Shown here in pieces: positions 1 through 11,106 of a DNA stretch of 64,000 nt. The position numbers were made by a program, and so were the translations under genes. Each line of letters begins with the position of its first letter. The first letter of the stretch is position 1. Location: NCBI GenBank assembly GCA_038087875.1, contig CM076000.1, positions 186,001 through 250,000 of the forward strand. Direction: 5' to 3'. Under the pieces are notes generated by a model that did no database searches, was not told where the DNA came from, and saw only the letters and a program-made list of their open reading frames with translations. Source of the DNA: Malacoraja senta (Eukaryota).

Positions 1-167
1 GGTTGAGCCTCTGCATCAAGTCTGAGAGTGTTGAGGGAAGATTGTCAGTGCATTATAGTAAGATGGAGGGTTGAGACGTGTTGATAGTTGATGGGTGGAA
101 CCAGATGAGATGGGGAGGAGAGGGGTGTGGGGAGCCAGGTGGGGGAAGGGAAGTATTGTCCAGCTGC

Positions 168-1310
168 ATCTCATAACATTGACCACTTTGTACAAGGGAG
201 TTTCACAAATGTTATTGTGTTTTTTGAGGAAGTAACCAAGAAGGTTGATGAGGGCAAGTAGTAGACAGTCTATATGGACTTAAGCAAAGCCTTTGATAAG
301 GTTCCATAGAAAAATGTGCACATTCTATATCCATAAGGATATAGGAGTCGTGGAAAGAAGCAAGGAGTGATGGGGAAAGGGATGTTTTTTTAGACTGGAG
401 ACCGATTACTAATGTTATGCCTCAGAAGTTGCTACTGGGCCCATTGTCATTTGTCATCTTATCCAATGATCTGGATAAGAACGTACAATTCATGGTTAGT
501 AAGTTTGAGTTGACACTAAAATAGGTGGTATCATTGAAGAAAGTCATCACGAATTGCAACAGGATCTTGATCAGCTGGCTAAGTGGACTGAGGAATAACC
601 AATGGAGTTTAATTATGAGTGTTGCAGAACAGAGGGAATAAAGAGCAGGTATATACTTATATAAAGTAGCATCACAGGTTGACAGGGTGGTGAAGAAGGC
701 TTTTGGCAAGCTGGGCCTTCACAAAGGGCATTCAGTATAGAAGCTGGGATATTATGTTACAGTTGTACAAGGCATTGCTGAGATTGTACTGGGAGCATTG
801 TGTTCAGTTGTGTTACCTTACTATTGGAACAATGCCATTAATCTGGAAACAGTACAGAACATGAGGATGTTTCCCGGGCTTGTGCCCATGGATTTATAGG
901 GAGAGGTTGAGCAGGCTAAAACATTACTGTGAATGTACACAGCCTTTTTTCCAGGGTTGCGAAATCTAGGGATCTATACTTAAGGATAAGGGGGAAATCC
1001 TTTAAGACCGAGATGAGGAAAAACTTTTTCACACAGAGAGTGGTGAATCTCTGGAACTCTCTGCCACAGAGGGTAGTTGAGGCCAGTTCATTGGCTATAT
1101 TTAAGAGGGAGTTAGATGTGGCCCTTGTGGCTAAGGGGATCAGAGGGTATGGAGAGAAGGCAGGTACGGGATACTGAGTTGGATGATCAGCCATGATCAT
1201 ATTGAATGGCGGTGCAGGCTCGAAGGGCCGAATGGCCTACTCCTGCACCTATTTTCTATGTATCTATGTATCTAGAGGATGTAGGTTTAAGGTGAGAGGG
1301 GAAAAAAATT
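168..1310 (+). mobile_element. Old, decayed CR1 LINE RT/3' region, interrupted by a younger CR1 3' end
   Basis: Degenerate CR1 motifs (tatatggactt..agcaaagcctttgataaggttcc = MDFSKAFDKVP). The host resumes after 1275 with gtaggtttaaggtgagagggg. Confidence 0.75.
970..1269 (+). mobile_element. Young 5'-truncated CR1 3' end nested in an older CR1
   Basis: FKTEMRKNFFTQRVVNLWNSLPQRVVEA C-terminus, CR1 3' UTR, tctatg-type tail; ATCTAG TSD at 964-969 and 1270-1275. Confidence 0.85.
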
Positions 1311-2630
1311 ACAGGCTCATCTGGAAAACGATAACAGTTACGTGCAGTTGCTGTTCATCGATTTCAGCTCCGCCTGCAACACAGTCATCCCCCAACACCT
1401 GGTGAATAAACTCGGCAAAATAGGCATCAGCACCCCACTATGCAACTGGTTACTGGACTTCCTCACCGACAGACCACAGACAGTAAGAGTTGGCAAAAAC
1501 TCATCAGAGACCACCATCATGAACACCGGGGTCCCACAGGGATGTGTGCTGAGCCCTCTGTTGTTCACGCTGATGACACATGACTGTTGTGCCAAACACA
1601 ATTCGAACCACATCATCAAGTTCGCAGATGACACAACAGTGGTGGGCCTCATCAGCCACGATGATGACTCAGCCTACAGAGAGGAGGAAACAACAACTCA
1701 TCAACTGGTGTGACATCAATAACCTTCAACTCAATGTCAATAAAACAAAATAAATAACTGTGGACTTCAGGAAGAAACAGACAGCACATACCCCACTCAC
1801 CGTAAATGGCAGTGCAGTGGAGTCTGTGAAAAGCACCAAGTTCCTGGGAGTGCACATCACAGATGATCAGACATGGTCCACCAACACCATCTCCCAAGTC
1901 AAGAAAACACAGCAACGCCTCCACTTCCTTCGACGGATGAGGAGAGCCGACCTCCCCCCTTCTGCCCTCACCACTTTTTACAGGGGTGCCATTGAGAGCA
2001 TTCTTACCAGCAGTCTCTCAGTCTGGTATGGCAGTTGCTCTGCTGCTGACCAGAAGGCCCTACAGAGAGTGGTGAGGACAGCGGAGAAGATCACTAGATC
2101 ACCCCAACCAGCAATCCAGGACTTATACCCATCTCGCTGTCGCAAGAGAGCAACCAATATCATCAAAGACACCACCCACCCAGCACACAAACTGTTCACC
2201 CTCCTACCATCCAGCAAGCGCTTACCGCAAGGCATGCGGAGCAAACCAGATTCAAAAACAGCTTTTTCCCTCAGGCCATCAGACTACTCAACACACGCAA
2301 GAAATTTCCATGAACATTACACAAACAAAGACCAACTGACTGTCAAATTAACTTTAACTCAATGTCTGCAGTATGCTATTTGCACTTTTCTATATTGCAC
2401 CTTTTATTATTGCACCTTGATAACATACCTCAAAATTTACTACACTCTGGCACACTGAATATTTTATATAATGTATATGTCCATTGTCTATCTTTATTGG
2501 TATATTGTCTGTCTGTGTTATAAATATTACTTGCACATTGGAGTATGGGGAAACGCAATTTCAATCCTCTGTGTAACTACTTGTTGCATTATTTGAATTG
2601 ACAATAAAGTTTACTTTGACTTTACTTTTA
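1311..2630 (+). mobile_element. Rex1/Babar-type LINE, 5'-truncated (RT C-half + 3' UTR)
   Basis: ORFs 1342-1713 ([36 protein letters not shown]) and 1760-2458 (KKTQQRLHFLRR, FYRGAIESILT); ends ttgacaataaa + (tactt/tgactt) tail. Confidence 0.85.
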
Positions 2631-2876
2631 ATAACAGATAAACAGACAGCTTGTGTAACATAAGAAATAGAAGCTGGAGTCGGTCATTTTGCCCTTCAAC
2701 TGTTTCGCTATTCAAAAATATTATTGCTGATCTTTTATTCAACACCACTTTGCTGTCGTGATCCCCTTTCCCTTAGTTATCCTATTATCCACAAAATCTA
2801 TCAGACTGAAGAAGGGTCTCGACTGAAACATTACCAGTCCATGTTCTCCAGAAATGCTGCCTGACCTGCAGAGTTA

Positions 2877-3527
2877 AAGCACTGTCCCACTGTACGAGCT
2901 AATTCAAGAGTTCTCCCGATTCGAACTCGGAGATTTACGGTAATGTCCGCTCGTCGGTACTCGGGGCTCTCGTGGACATTTTTCAACATGTTGAAAAATC
3001 TTCACAAGTCTTCCCGAGCTTACCGCGTTTCCTGAGTACCTGCCGTTAGCGTTACGAGCCGCTAAGAGACGTCCCCGAGCTCCGACGTACCCGCTACGTA
3101 CATTCTACGTGCTTCCATGAGTTTGATTTTTTTCTTTAAACTCGGGAGAGCACTTGAATGAACTCATACAGTGGGACATGGCTTTTACATGATAATTCAC
3201 TCGCCACAGCCCATTCTTTGGATCTTGTTGCAATACACTTCAACTCAAAAGACAGGAGGTTTCAATGGATTCCACTCCACCACTAAATGCCATGCATTAC
3301 AAGGGGTGAGGCTCAAGATATATTTTCACATTTTCTACTTTTATATTTTGATAATTATCATTTTGTTTTCCAATGACCAGACTAAATTAAAACATTAGCA
3401 CTTGGAGAAGTGTGCAGTGACGGTGCTTTTACTGAAACAATGTGTATGGGAGGAATGGCAGTCACATCATCATTTTTTAAAAACTCGGGAGAGCTCTTGA
3501 ATGAACTCATACAGTGGGACAGGGCTT
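2877..3527. mobile_element. Non-autonomous DNA transposon (PIF/Harbinger-like MITE) with one left and two right TIRs
   Basis: Left TIR aagcactgtcccactgtacgag..ttcaagagttctcccga at 2877; complementary right ends at ~3142-3184 and ~3485-3527; TTA/TAA flanks; inserted into a PLE-derived short repeat. Confidence 0.75.
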
Positions 3528-3614
3528 TAACTCCAGCACTTTGTGTCCTTTTGTATATCCACTGATCTCCTAGTTTATACCTCAAATAAACTTTTAACCA
3601 AATGCTCAAATGTG

Positions 3615-3890
3615 ATTTAGACTTTAGAGAAACAGTGTGGAAACAGACCCTTTGGCCCACCAAGTCCGCACCGACCACTAGCACTATCCTACACATGAGG
3701 GACAATTTACAATTTTACTGAAGCCAATTAACCTACAAACCTGTACATCTTTGGAGTGTGGAAGGAAACCGAAGCACCTTGAAAAAACCCACATGGTTAC
3801 AGGGAGAACGTACAAACTCCATTCAGACAGCATCCATAGTTAGGATAGAATCCGGGTCTCTATCGCTGAAAGGAAGCAGCTCTACCACTT
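3615..3890 (-). mobile_element. tRNA-derived V-SINE (HE1-like)
   Basis: Reverse complement of the 18906 SINE family (gcagctctaccac A-box region, gagaacgtacaaactcc V domain, CR1-like tail). Confidence 0.8.
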
Positions 3891-4487
3891 TGTTCCTTTC
3901 AGTCAATGCTATTCCTAACCAATTCTATTTTTTCTCTAAGACTTCAGCCACCATTTCATAATATCTTCCAGCATTTCTCTAACACATCAGATTATCCGTT
4001 TGCTGACGACTCGAGGTGAGAGAGTAAATTGTGGGGATCATTCAAAGTTGCAAAGGGTTGTAGCAAAGTTTAGTTATATGGGAGAAATATGGCAGAATAT
4101 GGGGAAATGTGAGGATATCTACTTTGGTAAGAAGAATAGAACAGCAGAGTGTTTAAGGGGAATGAAACTAATGAGGCTGCTGTTTAAAGATATCTGGGAT
4201 TCCTCATTCACAAAAGCCAGTGCAGTAAAAAATCAGAAAGGAAAATGGAATGTTAGGCTTGTTAGGACAAATGGAGTGGAAAAGTAAGGACTTCTTTCTG
4301 TAACTGTACAGAGTGGTAAAAGAGTATTTAATGAACTGCATACAGCTTTACTTTCTTTATTTGTGGAACGATATGCTTCTTGTGGAGCCAGTACCGAGAT
4401 GTTTTTCTAGATCTTATGATGAAAGATTAAGCAGAATTATACTTTCCGGGCTTTAGAAAGAAAGATATTACTGAAACATGTAATTCT

Positions 4488-5345
4488 AATACAATACAAT
4501 ACAATACAATACCATTTATTGTCATTTGAACCTCAAATGAGGTTCAAACGAAATTTGGTTTCTGCAGTCATACAAACAAGTAAAAAGAACCAAGACACAA
4601 CACAATTTACACAAACATCCATCACCTCCTCGCTGTGATGGAAGGCAAAGTCTTATCTCTCACCTGCACTCCCCATTCTCCTCCCGATGTCAGAGTCAGA
4701 GCCCCCGGCGGCGATGGAAAATAAGTCCCGTGGCCATTAAAGCCGTGCCGGGCGATGCAAGGCCGCCCTCCGGGTCTGGATGTTGGAGCCCCCGGTAGCG
4801 CTAGCAAGTCCCGCGGCCATTAAAGCCGCGCCGGGCGATGTTAGACCCAGTTCCAGGTCATCTTCAGCCCCGCAACTCGGGCGGGAGAAGTTGCCATTGC
4901 GGGAGCCCCGAAAAGCGGTCTCCCACCAGGGACCCGCGAGCTCCCGATGTTACCGTCCACCAGACCTGCGGCTGGAGCCTCCGAATCTCCGGGGTCGGGT
5001 CACAGCCGCGCGTCACCGCAGCTCTCCACGCTCCGAACTCGGCCAGCTCCACGATGGTGAGTAGTCCGCAGGCTCCGCGACTGGAGCCCCAGGTCTTTCC
5101 GGTTGGAGGCCTCTCCACGGTGCTAGGCCCCAACGACAACGGAGACCCGACAGAGAACGGTCGGGTCCTCCATACAGGGAAGAGATTTTTTTAAGTTTCC
5201 CCCTCCCCCCCCTGCCCCGCCCCCCACATATACACAGTTAAAAACAATATAAAAAACACAAACAACTACATTTAACTAGACAAAAATAAATAAAAAGACA
5301 GACGGACTGCAGTCGAGCCGCTGCCGTTAGGCGCCGCCACTTCCG
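4488..5345 (-). mobile_element. GC-rich non-coding retroelement (unnamed family), apparently full length, inserted in an old CR1
   Basis: 5' end CGGAAGTGGCGGCGC on the - strand; 3' hairpin + TGACAATAAA + (TATTG)n tail at 4488-4560; homologous to 9745-10646. Confidence 0.75.
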
Positions 5346-5649
5346 TAAGGGAGGAGACACAGATTTGCTCCAAGTAGTGGAATCTTGAGGCAAGGGCCAC
5401 AGCTTCTGTATGATGGGATGCCTGCTTAAGCCTGATTTGAGGAGGAATTTCTTTCACAAGGGTTGTGAATCTTTGCAATTCATTATCTTTGAGTCAGGTT
5501 TCAGAGTATATACAAATACAGATAGTTTTGACTTTTGGGATGTTGGGGGTGGTGGAGATATGGCAGAAATATAGTGTTGAGGTCAGCAATTAATTTTACA
5601 GATGACAGACATGGGTCGGTCATTTGTCAACTACTACATTTATCTTTTG

Positions 5650-5998
5650 TCATAAGTAAAAGGAGCAGAATTAGGCCATTTGGCCCATCAAGTCTATTCC
5701 GCTATTCAATCGTGGCAGATCTATTTCTCCTCCTAACCACATTCTCCTGCCTTTTCCCCATAACCCCTGCCACCCATACTAATCAAGAATCTATCTATCT
5801 CTGCTTTAAAAATATCCATTGCATTGGCCTCCACACCCTTCTGTGGCAAATAATTCCACAGATTCACCATCATCTGACTAAAGAAATTCCTTCTCATCTC
5901 CTTCCTAAAGGAATGTCCTTTAATTCTGAGGCTATGACCTCTAGTCCTACTCCCACTAGTGGAAACATCCTCTCCACATCCACTCTATCCAAGCCTTG
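5650..5998 (-). mobile_element. CR1 3' end
   Basis: Reverse complement of the CR1 C-terminal/3'UTR block also seen at 45640-45960. Confidence 0.8.
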
Positions 5999-7059
5999 TC
6001 TTGTCTTATGTTACATATCCTATGATGCATATTCCATAATCATAAACAAAGTACCTGACTGCTGATTGAATCCCACAGTATCTGAATGTGTTTGGGGTAA
6101 CTTTGAGGAACTTGGAGCTCACCGCCCAATTATTTTAAATCTGTTCACATGTTTAATACCGTGGGAACTCTGGTATGTGATAAGTTTATTCATTAATTCA
6201 AAGGAGGGAATATGTTAATATTAAATCTGAGGTCTAGGCTAAGAAAGAAGTTGTAGGGTAAAGGAAAGGTTTCTGAATAATTCCAAGATATTTTCATATA
6301 TTCAAGCACAACCTGCTGCTTGCATTTCCACACTGTCTGTTTTGGATTAATTCACACAGACATTGAAGTCTGATTTCCCATGTCCTTGCATCTCACCTTC
6401 CTGAATCTCAGCAAGCAACAGATTATTAGAACGGGGTGTTTTTGACACACTTGCAATCTTAGACCTTTGTTACTTCCCGAGATGAGATTTTAATTATGGA
6501 ATCAGCATGCAAGAGGATGTACATCAGGTCATGGTAGTGATATTGAAACTGAATGTGATCCCACTCACAAAAAGCAAATGACATTCAAATTGGGCAATAT
6601 ATATAGTATGTATTGCTTTACAACTAATCTCTCCTCTTCTATAGCACATTCAGCAGGAGAGTTCAGCAGGAAGGCTTAGTTTTGATCATAATCTATTATT
6701 TATTTTGTAGCACACATTACCACACTTATTTCCAATTATACATATGGTAACCTGATATTTATCAGTACTACCTAATCTCCAGATCAGAGAGTGCGCATCT
6801 TTAAATATTTTTTTCCCCCGATCTTTGCCTCGACTACTCCCTCTGACAAGAAATGTCTCTTAACCTATGGTAAATGGCTTCCACAATGATGGATAATGGT
6901 CTTTCCCAATTCATTTTCATCAGCATGTTCAAAATTGTTCATTAAGCATCCTGTTAGTTCTCTCTGTTCTGTATCTTAAGGCTCTATATAATGACTGCTT
7001 ATGATTCTCAGCAATATTTTGGTGATTATCTGTTCCACTTCATAGAAAACAGTTTTGTT

Positions 7060-7562
7060 TTATTGTTATTTACACCGAGATGCAATGAAAAACGTTGTTT
7101 TGCAGACTATCCAGGCAGATCAAATTATACGTGCATACAATGGGTAGTACAAAACAGAAAATAAACAGAGTGCAGAATATAGTGTTACAGCTCCAGAGAA
7201 AGTGCACATTAAAAAACAAAACGTGTCTCAACAAGGTTGAAGTGTCCTTCAGGTTATCCATCCTTAGCATATGAGAGTCCCATTCAAGAGCCTGACAACA
7301 GCAGGGAAGAAGCTGTTCCTGAATCTGGTGGTACATGTTTTCAAGCTTTTGTATCTTCTGCCAAAAGTGACTGGGGGTATGAGTGGTCCTTGAATGTGTT
7401 GGCTGCTTTCCCAAGGCAGTGTGATGTGTTGATGGAGTCAATATGGGGTTGGTTTGTGAGGTGGTCTGGGCTGTGTCCACAACTCTGCCATTTCTTGCAT
7501 TCTTGGTTAGAGCAGTTGCCATTCAATAAATCTTGATAGGATGCTTTCTATCGTGCATCTGT
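7060..7562 (-). mobile_element. Old Rex1/Babar-like 3' fragment
   Basis: acagcagggaagaagctgttcctgaatctgg (rc: RFRNSFFPAV) and degenerate 3' UTR. Confidence 0.65.
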
Positions 7563-8114
7563 CCAAATAGGATGTCCAAAGCAGCAAAATGGCTTAATCA
7601 ATGTTTCTTAAACTTAGTATAAGATGGCTTTTTTTTTAAATTCTGCAGCATGTTTATAAAACCTAAATTCTACTTTCTGTTGCTTTATCTGCCAGCATTT
7701 CCATTTTGGCAGAATTAGGTACCTCGATATGTAGATCACTGTATTGATCCATTCAATTCATCAGCACTCCATTTAGCATGTGTTAACATCTATTGCTTTT
7801 TTTCTGAAGATACATTATCTCAGATCTTGTTGGCATTAAATTGCACCGGCCACCTGCCTGTTTATTCTCCGAAACCTCCTGATCTTCAATACCAGAAATT
7901 TGACACTGTGTCTAACTCAGCACTGAGTCAATGTTGGTAGTTGATTTTGGTACCTTAAATGTGCAAAAAGTTTCATGTTTCTTTTAAGATGCTGCTGAGA
8001 GATTTCCAGCATGCATTGACTCAGTACAATTCAATAGTCTAATCTGTCACTCCTATGTGATACTAAGAGAGTGCTACAGTCTTAAAGTGCTACAGTCTCT
8101 AGCGTGGAATATAG

Positions 8115-8400
8115 ATACAGTGTGGAAACGGGCCCTTCGGCCCACCAAATCCGTGCCGACCAACGATCACCAATACGTTAGTTCAATGTTATCTCAGTTT
8201 CACATCCTACCTACTAGGAATAATTTACAGAAGCCAATTAACCTACAAACGTACACGTCTTTGGAATGTGGGAGGAAACTGGGACAGCTGGAGAAAACCC
8301 ACGCGGTCACAGGGAGAATGTACAAACTCTGTGCAGACTGCACCGGCAATCAGGATCGACGCAGGTCTTTGGCGGTGTGGGGCTGCAACACTACCACTGC
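8115..8400 (-). mobile_element. V-SINE copy
   Basis: Same family as 18906-19216, reverse orientation. Confidence 0.8.
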
Positions 8401-9744
8401 CCCTACTACCTGCTCGGAGTCAAATGAATGTGTGTGTCTCTTCCATCTGTCCTGGATTCTAAAAGATCCCTTATTCTTTTTCTGTCTATTTGGGTATAGT
8501 TAAAATAATTCATAATTATTACATTCAATCTTTCCCCTTGAATTTTTTGTTCAGATTGGCTCCTCTATATTGTATTGCTTGTTTTTGCAGGTATTTTGCC
8601 TGCCTTTATTGGTGACTCATTTTCAGATGTCCCTATGACTCCACACTCCAGAAAAGTGAATAAATAAATAATGTGGGGAATACTGGTTGCCAGCACTGTT
8701 GTTAAAAAAACCTCAAAGAAGCACTTTGAACTGCAGCCGAAGCCGAAAATAGATTTATTGGCATTTCTTTCTCTTCATAATTGCTATGTCAGTGCTTCAC
8801 ATTTGGCCAACGTCCCTCTGTCTTAACGCCATCCTGAAAAATAAATAAATAGGCCAACACCAATGTTGCCACTTGCTATGTATTTTATTTAAAGGTATTT
8901 AACCCCATGCAGCCTTGCAGAGGCCTTTAAAACAATTAATGCTGTGTTTTGACTTCTGCTAAACCAGTTCATTTTGGTACCTTAAAGTGTGCCAAAGGTT
9001 CATGTTTCTTTTAAAATGTTGCTGAGAGATTTCCAGCTTGCATTGAGCAATACCAAAGGAGAGCTTTTAACGTCATTGATTTTGCACAATCTCAACATGC
9101 TCACAGCTTTCGTCTCCATCATGTGCATTGAACAAACTATCTTTCAGATAATATTATTACTTTCCATATCATTTCCATACTATGTACAGGAACCTATTTG
9201 CCACACCCAGCCTATGCCGATTTGTAGTGCAATCCCATTCCTCCACTACTCCTCCATGTAACCTATTCTCCACACATTTATGAGGGCAGCACAGTGGTGC
9301 AGCAGTACAGTTGCTGACTTACAGCACCAGAGACCCGGGTTTGATCCTGACTGCAGATGCTGTCTGTACGTCCAGGTATTTGCCCTCTCTTTACATGTAA
9401 TATAATGGAACTGAATTTTGGAGAAAAAAATACATTATATAGCTACGACAATTCTGTTCATTTAGTGGTACGGTAGATTAATTTCTTGGCTAAATAACCC
9501 GTTGCCTCAAGAAATTTGAACCTCTCTATTTAAGCTTAAGGATTCTTTGTATATAAAAAGGTTAGTAACTAGAGCCATGTTTCCTCATAGATTATGATTC
9601 CTTTTGTGTTCAACAGCCCTAAACACATAGTTATAACAAGCAGTGAGTGGAGTCGACATGCATGCAGCATAAACCTTATGAGATGGATATTGGTGGAGCA
9701 ACTATATCAATCCTAGGTCATTTGCAGTTACCTTGTAACTTGCA

Positions 9745-10646
9745 ACTACAGTCGTCCGTCTTTTTTGTCTTGTTAAATGTATGTCTTGAGCTTAGTTTTT
9801 ATTATTTTTTAGCTGTGTATATGTGGGGGGGTGGAGGGGGGGGATGTTGGGGAAACCGTTAATCTCTTCCCTGTACGGGGACCCGACATTTTCCCTGTCG
9901 GATCTCCGATGTCGTTGGGCCTAACATTGTGGAGTCGGCGGCGGCCTCCGGCCGGGACTAACCTGAGGGCTCCAGTCGCGGAGCCTGGGACCTGACATCG
10001 TGGAGCTGGCCGACTTTGGAGCGGGGAGAGCTGTGGTGGCGCTCGGCTGCGACCCGACTTTGAAGTTTCGGAAGCTCCGGCTGCGGGCCTGGTGGACAGG
10101 AACATCGGGAGCTCCAGGTCCCTGGTGGGAGACGGCTTTTCGGAGCTCCCGCAATGGCAACTTCTCCCGCTGGAATCGCGAGGTTTAAAGGACACGGAGC
10201 GAGGCCTAACATCGCCGGCGTCGGTTAGCGGCCACGGGACTTACCATCGTCTGCTGGGGGCTCTAACATCGGATCCCCAGTTCGCCTAGACGCTGCAGTT
10301 GGACTGCGGGTTGGACTGCTTGAACCGCGGGGTTTAAAGGACACGGAGCCGGGGCCTAACATCGCCCGGCATGGCTAAATGGCCACAGGACTTACCATCG
10401 TCCGTCAGGGGCTTTAGCACCGGAGCCTCAGTTCGCCTAGACGCTGCAGTTGGACTGCTGGACCGCGGGTGAAGAATAAAGGGAAGAGATAAGACTTTGC
10501 CTTCCATCACAGTGAGGAGGTGTTGGAGACTCACTGTGATGGATGTTTATGTAAACTGTGTTAAGTGTGGGTCTTGGTTTTTTTTGTAATGTAAAAAAAC
10601 TGTAGTAATGATATTTCATTCAAGCCTAGGTTTGAATGACAATAAA
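9745..10646 (+). mobile_element. GC-rich non-coding retroelement (same family as 4488-5345) with an internal ~145 bp tandem duplication
   Basis: Shared blocks (gtcgttgggcctaac, gctcccgcaatggcaacttctcccgc, aagactttgccttccatcacag); 3' hairpin + tgacaataaa + (attct)n tail. Confidence 0.75.
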
Positions 10647-10849
10647 TAGCATTCTATTCTATTCTATTTCCCTGCTCACTTGAATGGAGCATCCTGTACC
10701 CAAGAGCTTAACCTCTCTAAATATGTGAAAGGTGAAGCGACACGGTATAATAGAGGTAAATACCCTTTCTTCCTGTGCACATATATATGGCCAGGAAAGG
10801 CAGTCCTTGAGTGAACAGTCTGTATCTGGCTGCATGTAAATTGTCTGTA

Positions 10850-11106
10850 ACATCCAGATTCAGGAGCAGCTTCTTCTCAACAACCATCAGGCTATTGAAC
10901 ACCTCCAACTACGAACTGCCAAGGGCTTTTTATTGTACCATTTTGGGTCTTTTATTTTTTTGAACATCTTTTTGTTTGTTTGTTTGTATATCATGTTATC
11001 TATTGAGTACTGTGTTTACAAACCTGCTGTGCTGATGCTGCTGCAAGTAAGAATTTCATTGTTCCATTTTGGTACATACGACAATCAAACACTCTTGACT
11101 CTTGAC
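10850..11106 (+). mobile_element. Rex1/Babar-like 3' end
   Basis: ccagattcaggagcagcttcttc (RFRSSFF), then 3' UTR, gacaatcaaa and (ctcttga)n tail. Confidence 0.6.

Noticed and set aside
4488..4512. Short tandem arrays (caata, ttgtcc, actaa) as CRISPR-like or independent satellites
   Set aside because: They are retroelement 3' tails with no spacer structure, in a eukaryotic context.
4622..5194. Overlapping GC-rich ORFs here and at 9809-10289 and 41190-41806
   Set aside because: ORFs occur in several frames on both strands, are not conserved between copies and show no domains; a by-product of high GC in a repeat.
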